The notes under the pieces were generated by a model that worked only from the letters and a program-made list of their open reading frames with translations, had not been told where the DNA came from and ran no database searches. A DNA stretch of 63,866 nt, the filler included, from Reticulomyxa filosa (lineage: Eukaryota; Protista; Foraminifera): assembly GCA_000512085.1 (NCBI GenBank). It is 23 parts of 23 records of this genome, joined end to end, with 100 filler letters (N's around TTAATTAATTAA, not from the genome) between each part and the next. Parts side by side here need not be neighbours in the genome. Positions count along the whole stretch, not along the records: positions 52,534 to 54,231 come from ASPP01008071.1; positions 54,332 to 56,403 come from ASPP01026882.1; positions 56,504 to 57,536 come from ASPP01019340.1; positions 57,637 to 61,604 come from ASPP01023744.1; positions 61,705 to 63,866 come from ASPP01011457.1; 18 more parts are not named here. One strand, written 5' to 3'. Below, piece after piece: positions 53,756-63,866 of the stretch. Position numbers and translations under genes: made by a program. Numbering within the stretch: position 1 is the stretch's first letter; every line of letters starts with the position of its first letter.

Positions 53756-54333
53756 ATTATTCCTGTTTAGAAGGAATCTATAATATCAATTTTTCTCTGT
53801 GTATTTTGCTTGCCTATTTCATCACACAAAAAGTAAGAATCTAATACTATCTGCAAACTGCTGTGTTTTTTTTACTGGAGTGTCTTGACATGTTTTTGCA
53901 TAATATTAATTCTTGACGGAATATTTGTGAAGAGCTTTTGTTGCAAAGTGATCACAAATGTGAACGGTAAAAAAAAAATAACATCAAAAACTTTGGTATG
54001 TTACTCAATATTGTTTATTTGAAAGATAAATATTAACAGATCAGCAAATAAAAAACCAATTGGAATGTCTATCAATTTTTGGATCAATGAAAAAAAAAAG
54101 ACTTTTGAAAGGAAAAATAAAATGATTGAATATCAAGCCAACATCTCACAGATCGGCCAAAGGCTTGTGGGGAGTCTACAGTGAAGAGCTTCACTAAATG
54201 TAATATGAAAGAGTGTTACTCTCAATGAGAGNNNNNNNNNNNNNNNNNNNNNNNNNNNNNNNNNNNNNNNNNNNNTTAATTAATTAANNNNNNNNNNNNN
54301 NNNNNNNNNNNNNNNNNNNNNNNNNNNNNNNCG

Positions 54334-55392
54334 GATTCATCAAAAGGTGTATTCATTTCGAATATCGATGTTCAATTCATACACTCAAATCAAACTCCAT
54401 TGTTGCCAACGGTGTTTGCAGTGTATGTCGCTTCGTCAAACGAAAACATGTTTGCAAATGGAGTGCTGGTGCACAATGGAAGCGAGCCAGAGCAAAAGAC
54501 GGCAGTGACCATTGAACCCGCTATTATCAAAGTGAAGGCCTTGGAGTTCCCCCTCTGTTCGAATGCCAATATATGAACTCATGGATTGCTCGCGTGTTGT
54601 TAGAGGAATCTACAAATGCTCTCTTTGTGATCGAAGTAGCCTTCCCGAATCCGTGGTGTATCAATGGTAAAAAAAATAATACACATATATATAAATATGT
54701 ACATATATGTATATGTATACGTATACGTATATATATATATATATGTATATCAAAACAGCCCGAAAAACTCAAGGCATATACTGTGTGAAGCATGTGGGAA
54801 AGAAACACTGAAATTTGATGAAATGGACGGTTTCAGTGTACCTTTGATACGTGATAAACGCTACCCTGTTCGTGTGACCTTGCAATATTACAAGGCCACA
54901 AGCAATGGAGTTGTGACGGATGAAGTAATGACAGAAATCAAAGCTCAGCTTGACAATTCTCAAAAGCAAGCAGATTTCATTGGCTCTTTGGTCACTGATG
55001 GCTTGACTGAAAGACCCACTGATTGGGAGGCCAAAGAAATTGAGAAAATTGCATCAAGTTTATCTTTCAATTGAATTTTTTACATCACTTTTTTTTTAAA
55101 ACAAAAAAAATGTGTATACGTGTATATAGACAGTGACAACGACAAACATGTGAAAGAGGCATTGGTTAATTTGGGATTGTTCAACACTTATTATGAAAGT
55201 TTCAAATCCAATGCAGTTGATGATAAAGCATTGTTGGCTTTGACTGAAAATGATTTGAGTTCATTGTTGCCAAAGATTGGGGATCGTGCCAAATTTCGAC
55301 AATGGTTGGATGAATACAAGATAATGCGCAAACTCTTGGATGAAGAAGAACCTGATACCGATTTTGGAGTGAATGATAACATCTTCTTTTAA
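54334..55392 (+). CDS. Multidomain protein C-terminus: Hint (intein-like) end, Cys-rich Zn-finger, conserved-looking domain, SAM
   Basis: Exons 54334-54666, 54759-55057, 55130-55392. VFAVYVASSNENMFANGVLVHN (ends 54477); YKCSLC..VYQCP..HILCEAC; RDKRYPVRVTLQYYKATSNGVV..ADFIGSLV; SAM LVNLGLFNTYYESFKSNAVDDKALLALTENDLSSLLPKIGDRAKF. One 1-nt frameshift between 54549 and 54572. Confidence 0.75.
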
Positions 55393-56699
55393 CTCCTTTT
55401 TTTAAAAAAAAAATGGTGTAAGCACTTTTGATTGAAGGACAAACTTTACTTTGCAATGTACTTCAAGGCACGTTTGAATGCAATTATTAATTCTAAATTG
55501 AAATGCTTTTTTTGACGCTGTAAAACAGACCGAATGTTTTTTGGCTCATTGATACACTCAAAATGAAATGCTTATCCGTTTATCTCTAATTCGTCGTTAT
55601 TATTGCAAACTTTTACAAACTTTTTCTGATACATCATTACATTAGCACATGATTATCTCAATGAAAATATTACGCAACAAAAATTGTTTCACCTTGATTA
55701 CAGAATGCACAAGATACTGTAAAAATTCTGAGAGTTTTTTTAAAAAATTAATAACATATTAGCTCAGCGCTATTTCGGAACAACAAAACTGTTTGGTACA
55801 GTCATTTAACTACTTTGTCGTAAAGTTGAAGTTAATCTCATTTACTAACAGAACATTGCGGTCAGCAACATAACAAGTGCTTGAATATATCTTCAATCGC
55901 TCAACGAAGAAGGGCAGAACCCAGCCAGAATTCTTTTTTTCCTCCAAATGTTATCTGCAAGTGTTTCTACAAACTCACTATACTCGGAGCAAGTGTATAT
56001 AAATTACTTTGCCTTAGAATGGAATGAAGGTTTGTGTTGTTTACTTTTGTCTCTTTTTAAAAGCAAGCCTTTCACACGTTTATTTTTTAAAATAAAAGTG
56101 ACAACTAAAAAAGGCTATCGACAGATAATTGCAGCTGATACTATCAAAAAGCTAATATTTATAGTTGTCGAATATAAAGATCGTGACTGACCAGAAACAT
56201 TTCATATGAAGCTTCTACTGTAATTAGTAGGGCATTGCACTATAAACGTGTGTACACAGCTCAAAAATTATTTAATTGTTTTTAATATGAACAAATTTCG
56301 TTGCAAATATTAAAAAACTGCAAATTTTTTTTTGCAGCATATCTTGGTCATACTTTTGGCTTCGCAGAATATTTTCCAACGCCCACAGATTTTTAACGTT
56401 TGTNNNNNNNNNNNNNNNNNNNNNNNNNNNNNNNNNNNNNNNNNNNNTTAATTAATTAANNNNNNNNNNNNNNNNNNNNNNNNNNNNNNNNNNNNNNNNN
56501 NNNGAAGATAGTGGAATAATTTGTGTTAAGTTTTCACAATTAAAAAGGAATGAGAAGAAGAGAAAAAGTAATGATGATATTGGTTGTGGTATTAATTTGT
56601 GTTACGGCTCATATAGTGGTTTGATTCGTATTTGGGAATAGTGAACATGTTGTTGGTTGATTTGAATGAAAATGATAATTTTTTTTTATTGAATGAAAA

Positions 56700-57536
56700 G
56701 AAAGAAAAGTATGATAATTAGTATTGTCACTTACACTCTTAATCACCGTGTTGACTCTTTCAAATTGGCTGTGATGATAAAATGTATTAAACAAGCTGTG
56801 GACGAAAAGCACACCAGCTATTATATTTTATTTTAAATTCAAATACTTAAGCTTAAACAAACAAAAATAATTATTTTTCTAAATGGATGTTCAATAATTT
56901 ACAATTTAAGAAACTGGAGACAAAAAAGGAATGACTTGACAATGAAACACATTAGTGTAAAAATAAACTCGAACCCATTTCTTATCAATTTCTTTGAAAT
57001 CTTTAATAAATTTTGGGAATTTGGACTTATAAAATCGATAAAAATGGACTCGTTCTGTTGAATTAAGACAAAATTAAAAATAAGTTTGATTAGTGGATGC
57101 ACCACGACGATAAAATGCTCCTGTTTGAATGGTGTGGGTAGTTTTATCAATTCTGAGTGACTGAGAAGCTGATCAATGTTCAAACCATTACATTGAAAAA
57201 ATGCAATTAAATAAGATTGTATCAAATCACTTTCATTCTTTGGATGGTGTGTATTCGATGAAACTGTTTTTATCCACCGGTTATCCAAACTTAAGTAAAT
57301 GCAATGATCTTTATAACCAACCACCGAACTCATTTCATTACATTTATTTGATGAAATTGTTTTCATATTCATCAAACGATCCACCACATTGCAACTCCAA
57401 TCTTCAATCAAATCTGGACATTTATGTTTGTATTCTTCAGTGATAACATAATCCCAATAAGTTATCAATTGCAGTTTATTCACTTTGTATGTCGAATTAT
57501 TCAAATTTTACTACTGATGCAATAAACTGGAATAAA
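56700..57536 (-). pseudogene. Low-GC degenerate multicopy-type gene fragment
   Basis: 201-aa ORF 56899-57504 with coding-like composition that degrades downstream; no domain recognised. Confidence 0.35.
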
Positions 57537-57636
57537 NNNNNNNNNNNNNNNNNNNNNNNNNNNNNNNNNNNNNNNNNNNNTTAATTAATTAANNNNNNNN
57601 NNNNNNNNNNNNNNNNNNNNNNNNNNNNNNNNNNNN

Positions 57637-57673
<37 letters not shown>

Positions 57674-57789
57674 TAAAATACACTTATTTTAAATTTAAAT
57701 TATTCAAATCTAATATACGTACGCTCATATATATGTATACGTATATATAAATATGATATATTATTCTTTTCAAAAAAAAAAAAAAAAAG

Positions 57790-58400
57790 AATAACTTGTT
57801 CGAGCAACTGGTCCTCAATTTCCTTCTTTTGTTTTAGCACACTTGTCAAGTACTCATTGTCTTGTTGCATCTTCCCATTCAACGCTCGAATGCACTCACT
57901 CAAAATTGCGTTTTGCTTTTGCTTTTCATTTTATGTGTGTATGTGTGAGATGCAACTAACAGGACAATAATATATATGTACATATATACGTATATGTACA
58001 TATATATATTAGTCTATGTGTGCATAAAAAAAAGCACAAACTCATACTAGAGGCTCCACTTGTGACATTAATTGGACTTTGCTTTCTTCAAGCTTTTGGA
58101 TTTCCTGTTTTGTTGGAGAGAACCAATTTGAATGAATTTGGTTGTTGTCTTTTATTTCATGCAATATACACATATGCATATTATGCCAAACATAACTGAC
58201 TCCAAATCTTTTGTGGCATTCTTCATTTTCACCACTTCGTCCTACAAAGTATTGCAAACCTTTTGTTTTGATTAGCAACTCTTTTTTTTAAAAAAAAACG
58301 AAATTAAAAGTTACCAGATCCAGTTTGAAATTCTCCAGCTTGGCTCTTACGTTTTTATCTATGTCTGCTTGTGGCAATAGCTCCGCTGTTAATAGGTCGC
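57790..58400 (-). CDS. Short exons of a coiled-coil protein
   Basis: Exon-like segments IQKLEESKVQLMSQVEPL and SECIRALNGKMQQDNEYLTSVLKQKKEIEDQLLEQ between (TA)n/poly-A introns. Confidence 0.4.
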
Positions 58401-61400
58401 TCTAGTTGTTATAACATATTATTCCAAACTAAGACAATCGTCTTTTAAATAAAACAAACAGATTACCAATGACTAACCATTGTTTCTATTCTTTTTGTCC
58501 ATCCTTTTATCTGTTCTAGTGCTTTGATCTGTAGGCATGAATAACCATAATGAAGTGGTTACAAAAAAAAAGGAATGAGAGTGGATGTATTAAACATATA
58601 TTTTTTTAACTCCTGTAAAACTCGACTCTTTTACATTTTCTCTCGCTGACCTATTGTAGAGCCAAGTTTGCTCGCTATTCTTCAATAGATGAAAACAGAT
58701 AGATATGTTAACATGTTTGACAATAATCTAAGTTTATGGAGTCCCAGGATTTTTTTTAAGGTGAACAGTTAGCACTGCCTTATTTCAATATGATTGCCGA
58801 AAGTGTTGCCATAGAAAATGTTTTTGTCAAATTTTTTCAATTTTCTTTCTAGAATGAAGAACAATTTACAAATCAAAGTATATTGTGAATATATAACTCA
58901 GTAATTTCAGACAAAATACAAAGATTCATATATGTACATAAATCATAAGAAAAAATCATCTATAGTTTATTCGTATACTTGTGCAAATCACGTTATCGAT
59001 TCACATTATTTGCCATTTTCTACTGCCTTGAAAGTTCTAAGATACCAATACACAAAAATTATAACTTTGAACTTTTTGTTTCCCAAAAAATCAACACATA
59101 AAAGTGTTAGCTGATTTTGTGTCAACTATTGTACAATTCATACAAAATTTCATTACTGTTTTTTTTTTTTCCCCAATGTTATTACTTGCATTTCAGTAAG
59201 TGCAGTGAAACCTTGGAAAAAAAGGAAACGCTTCAGTTTTAGACACTCATCTAATATTCAGCATAATTTCTAATAGATCTAAAATGACAACTCTTTAGAT
59301 TGGATGAAACAATATTTAAAAGTACAATAGTCAGTTAAAATAAAAATAACGCAGTTTCACAACAGCATTGTATTTGAGAACATCTATTCACGCTCCTTAA
59401 TTTTGTATCTATTGTCCTTAAAGAGCAAGAGACAAAGAAAATAAAAATGGTGAAACTGAACCAGCTAAAAAAAGATGATAAAAAATTTCATTTTGAGTTA
59501 TTTGTCTAACATGAAGTAGATGCAATTTGAAGATTGCCATGTCAAACAAACCCAAAAAAAATGTTGTTTTTTGTCAAATTTGAAAACTTGCAACAGTCAC
59601 AAACACTTCACTTTTACTTTTCTTTTTAAAAAAAAGTCAACAAACCAATAACTCCTTTTTTTTGTTTTGTCTTTAGAGAGCTCTCTTAAATTGTGTCATT
59701 GTGATAACATAGGTTTTTTTAGACAATTATTATGAAGTTTTGGCTTTATCCATAATAGAAGAAGTTCATTCTTTGGATGCATCTCTTTCTCTTTTATCAA
59801 TTTCAATCTAGAGAAAAAACGGGAGGGGGAGAAGATTACACGATCGCAATTGAGTTATATTTGTTATGTTTTGTTGTATTTTATTTTACGTTACTTTTTT
59901 TTAAAATTGTCTTTAAAAGAGAACAAATAAATGAGCGTGAAAGAACTGAGGTTGCAACCCAATTTAAAATTAAAAAAGGATACCTTAATTAAATCTGTTG
60001 TTTTCTTGGTTCGTATTTTTAAATCATGCAAATGTTCAGCGCTGCATTGTGATACCAGCATTCGAACTGTCCAGTGATGGAATTCTGTTAAGCCTAGAGC
60101 AGTGATGTCGCATGCCTTTTTTTTTTTTGTGATCAATTCACTGCCCGATGGTATCTCATCATTGCAACGACAATTGCAAATAATTTCAAGTTTTTTTTAA
60201 CTGCCGTGCGCAAGCCTTTGGTCTTATCTAAGCCACGCTTCACGTAAGGTTCAATTGCAGGCAGGACTTGCTCTTCCATCAATTTATAGACAAATCCAAA
60301 TTGCTATTTTTTCCAAAAAAAAAAATTGCTCCAAGATAACCCCCTTTTTTTAAATAAAAGTCTTCCCCTTTTTCTTCTCTCCTTTGTTAATTGAGTTTTT
60401 TATACGTCCTTTTCTCTTTTGTTTCGGTATTTCCTCTTTATTTTTTATTTTGTTTGCTTAACTTTGTCTGAGACGACTACAGCTAGTAATAGCATAACTT
60501 TGATGATGGTCACAATTGTTCCAATCAGGAACCTTCATTTTTAAAACACAATTTTTTTGGGGGAGGGGGGCGTGAATGGGACGGGTAAAAAAAAATTGAT
60601 TGTTGGATGTGGAAATTTTATCGTGATTTTAATCTTTTTTTTGTAAAGAAGGGGACAGTTATAAATCCGACAATTAAAAAAAAGATTGTTTGAAACCTAC
60701 CAAGACGAAAGCCACTCAACCCATGGGAAAAAAAATAATATGGCAAATAACACCACCCAAAATTCTAATACTTTTTGTTGATTTTTAGGCTCACTGTCTT
60801 CTAATGTTGCATAAGTACGATATGATCCACGAAGTAAACCCAATATGCTGTATTTTTTGTTTGTTTTTTTACCTTTTTTTTTGGTAGCTGTTTTTTGGAA
60901 GAGAAAAATCTATTTGTAAACATACACCACAGGATAGGTCACCAAATCCCAAAATGATAGTCCCATGATGCAAGCTGATGTTTTGATTAAAAGTTATTAG
61001 CACTAAAATTAAAATAATTTTAACAAAGAAGTTTTTCTCGAGTTTTTTCACCCTTTTGTCAACAATTTTTCTTTTTAGTGTTGACGAGGTGCAAGTATTT
61101 GAACAAACGATTTTAAAAATAATTAGTACTGAGCATTTTGGATGAATTACACAGCAATTGACACAAAATTGGTTGACTTATTTTTCTATGTCGAGTTTTT
61201 GGGAAACAAAAAGTTCAAAGTTGTAATTTTTGATGTTGGCAGATATTGAGCAATATCCAAAGCAGTGAGAAACAGCCAGAAGAACAACAAAGTGTTGGTG
61301 TGAATTTACACAGTTTGATATTTTATTGCGAAAAATATTGTGGGATTTTTCCTGAGAAAAAAACTTAGTTTTGTTTTATAGTATTTTGAGTTATTGAAAT

Positions 61401-61799
61401 ACTTAATCCCTGATAAAAAACAATTTTACAATATTATTGTGCTGTGAAAATTATGTAATACTACTTATTTCAATTAACTCCACTAATCTAAATGAGAAAT
61501 AAACTAAAAAAAAGAATTGATATAATTCGCTATGTGGAAAAAAGAAAGATAGAATATTAGTTTGTGGGACGTCAGCTGGAAGAGGTTATACTAAATGTAA
61601 TACGNNNNNNNNNNNNNNNNNNNNNNNNNNNNNNNNNNNNNNNNNNNNTTAATTAATTAANNNNNNNNNNNNNNNNNNNNNNNNNNNNNNNNNNNNNNNN
61701 NNNNAAAGGGGGGGGGGGAAGGGAGGACATCAACATCAAAAAAAAAAAAAAAAATTGTGAACCTTTTATTTAAATTTTTTTTTTTTTTTTTTTTTGTAG

Positions 61800-63810
61800 A
61801 CTCGGGTGAAAATGGAAATGATCAAAAAAAAGAGACTTGCTTTCGGACGTGTCCGAATTCATCTCACGACACCATTGGTTCAAAGAAGAGTTGTTTGAAG
61901 ATTGCTTGAGAACAATTAGTGTAAATCTATTCCGTGCATTGCCTTACCAATTCCGTCCACCCACTCTCATGTTCTTCCACGAAAAAGTGTTTGATAAGGA
62001 AACCACATACGAAGATCCTTCGTGGAGACATGTCAAGTTGGCTTACGATTTGTTATGGAGGATTATCAACTCCAATGAAGTCACTGCTGCAATCATGGAG
62101 GTTTTTTTTGTTTATTTGTGTATGTGTGTATGTTATGTGTTTACCGAAAGTGTTTTTTTTCTTTTTTTTTTAAACAGAAGAGTGTACGTAATGTTCTCAT
62201 TTTTTTTTTTTTTTAAAAAAAAAAAAACAAACAAACAAACAGAAGTACATGCCAGGTTCGTTTTTGCGAAATTTTGTGGAGCTTTTTGGTAGTGAGGATG
62301 GAAGAGAACGTGGGTATGTAACGATGATTTTGCACAAAATGTACGGACGTTGTTTGAAGTTACGGACTCACATCATTGATCTAATTTCCTATTATTTGTT
62401 GCGAATTATATATTCTCCAGACACGGAGCATTTCAATGGTGTGACTGAGTTGCTCCAAATCATTTGTTCCATTATTCCGGGATTGACTGTCCCTGTTAAA
62501 GACTCATGGCAAAAATTTCTCAGAAGTGTTTTAGTGCCACTGCATAAGGTAAACAGATTGACAAAAAAGGGGGGAAGGGGAAAAAAAAAAAGGGGGGAGG
62601 GGATTTTTTTAATTTTTTTTAAAAAAAGTTCAACAATTGATACCAAAAAAAAAAAACAAAACAAAAGTGTCGTGGTCTTCAAAAATTTTGGGAGGAATTG
62701 ACGCAATGTTGCGTCAACTATGTGGCGAAAGACGGCCAAGGAGGGGCAATAATCCTTGGCGGATTGCTTCGATATTGGCCGAAGCAGTCCCCAGAGAAAG
62801 GGAGATATTTATAATGGAAGTGGTGAATATAATCAACGTGCTGTTGAACCACCAGGACGGATTTGATTTTCCCTCGTACAAACAGATATTAATGGCCTCT
62901 GCGGAACAATTGACACAGTGTATGCGATCGACCCGTCAGCCCGTCGCGGAGCGAGCCATAGCCGCGTGGAAGGAAGTACCAATGCAACAGCTCGTAGATT
63001 ATGACCGCAAGTCGTTTTTGCCGCCATTAATCGAAGCGTTTTTTTGGAATCGAAACCATCCCAATCAACAGTTTCGTCTGACGACTCAAAATGTTGAAAA
63101 AATTTATCGAAACAAAGATGTGGAATATTGGAAAGAAATGCAACAGTATTTGACAAAAAAAGAGGCACGCGAAAAAGATGCCGAAGAGGCAACATGTCGG
63201 GCTTTGGCCTATGGCAAATTGCCCCCGTTTCCATTTAAAGTTGGCAATCGTTATACCAATGTCGGAAAAGAGGTTGCCGATGCACGAGTGCACGAATGGA
63301 TGAACACTGGAACGAGTAGTAGTAGTGTCCTCAGTACCGATAGTAAGAATACCGAGCCCGAAAGTATCGAGCCTTTACCCTCGGATCTCTCCGCTATCCC
63401 CAGCACCGTTGCCACGACCATCAATGAGTCACTTCATCCCGACCATCTCAAACCCAATGACACTCGACATTCCACCGTCGCCAAAAAACGTGCCTTCGAT
63501 AGCTTCGTCATTTTCACTCTCGAAAAGTTAAACGAAATCGAGTACTCCCCGCTCGTCCCTCGTGTCAAAAAGTTCGAACGAGAAAACGCCCATAAGCGAT
63601 CCAGATATTTGACCAAAGTTGAAAAACAGGTACTCTTTTGTAACTTTTTTTTTTTTTTATACTATACCTATACTATACTATACTGTATTATTTGTTTGTG
63701 ATGATGGAACATAGACAAGACGAAAAACAAATTGGGAATTAGTCAAAAAGATGGCTAAAGAAAGGGAACAACAACATGGGGCAACTGAGAGCAATCAAAA
63801 TGATTGAAGT
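61800..63810 (+). CDS. Protein phosphatase 2A regulatory subunit B56/B' family, divergent (ends truncated)
   Basis: ISVNLFRALP, EDPSWRHVKLAYD, LFGSEDGRER..LHKMYG, NGVTELLQII.SII.G, VLVPLHK, GLLRYWPK.SP.K.EIF, VAERA; 1-nt frameshift near 62790. Confidence 0.9.
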
Positions 63811-63835
63811 TATCACGTTTTGTTTTTTAAAAAAG

Positions 63836-63866
<31 letters not shown>

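Noticed and set aside
52534-56403. P2X gene next to the Hint-SAM gene as a linked system
   Set aside because: They are on different contigs separated by an artificial linker (54232-54331), so there is no evidence of linkage.
1-63866. rRNA, tRNA, CRISPR arrays, prokaryotic operons
   Set aside because: None recognised by eye; a tRNAscan-SE/Infernal run would be needed to exclude small RNAs.

Overview
This is not one locus. It is 23 short eukaryotic contigs (about 1-6.5 kb) joined by 22 identical artificial 100-nt linkers (N44-TTAATTAATTAA-N44), so adjacency across a linker means nothing. The DNA is AT-rich, with short GT-AG introns full of homopolymers and (TA)n. It carries expanded low-GC WD40, NACHT/HEAT and Gly-rich families and many pseudogenes. 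This strongly resembles the foraminiferan Reticulomyxa filosa (Rhizaria); that is inferred from gene-family style, not from a search. Recognisable partial genes: 7TM RGS-type receptor N-terminus, tandem-RRM coiled-coil protein, SCYL1-like pseudogene, FCP1/SCP-like phosphatase, NT-C2, C2 and SAM proteins, a PUB-methyltransferase fusion, INTS3, a Cav-like channel repeat, PPR, HDAC, MutS (MSH3-like), a P2X receptor, PP2A-B56 and an RNase H-bearing LINE remnant. Most notable: (1) an intein-like Hint C-terminus (..NMFANGVLVHN|G), missing from the ORF track, upstream of a Zn-finger, a conserved-looking domain and SAM; (2) a protist P2X with a P2X7-like cysteine-rich segment after TM2; (3) a 150-bp-arm palindrome with a related second copy showing compensatory changes at the apex; (4) the PUB-methyltransferase fusion; (5) introns with A-rich rather than pyrimidine-rich 3' ends. 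All translations and alignments were done by eye, and boundaries of partial genes are approximate.
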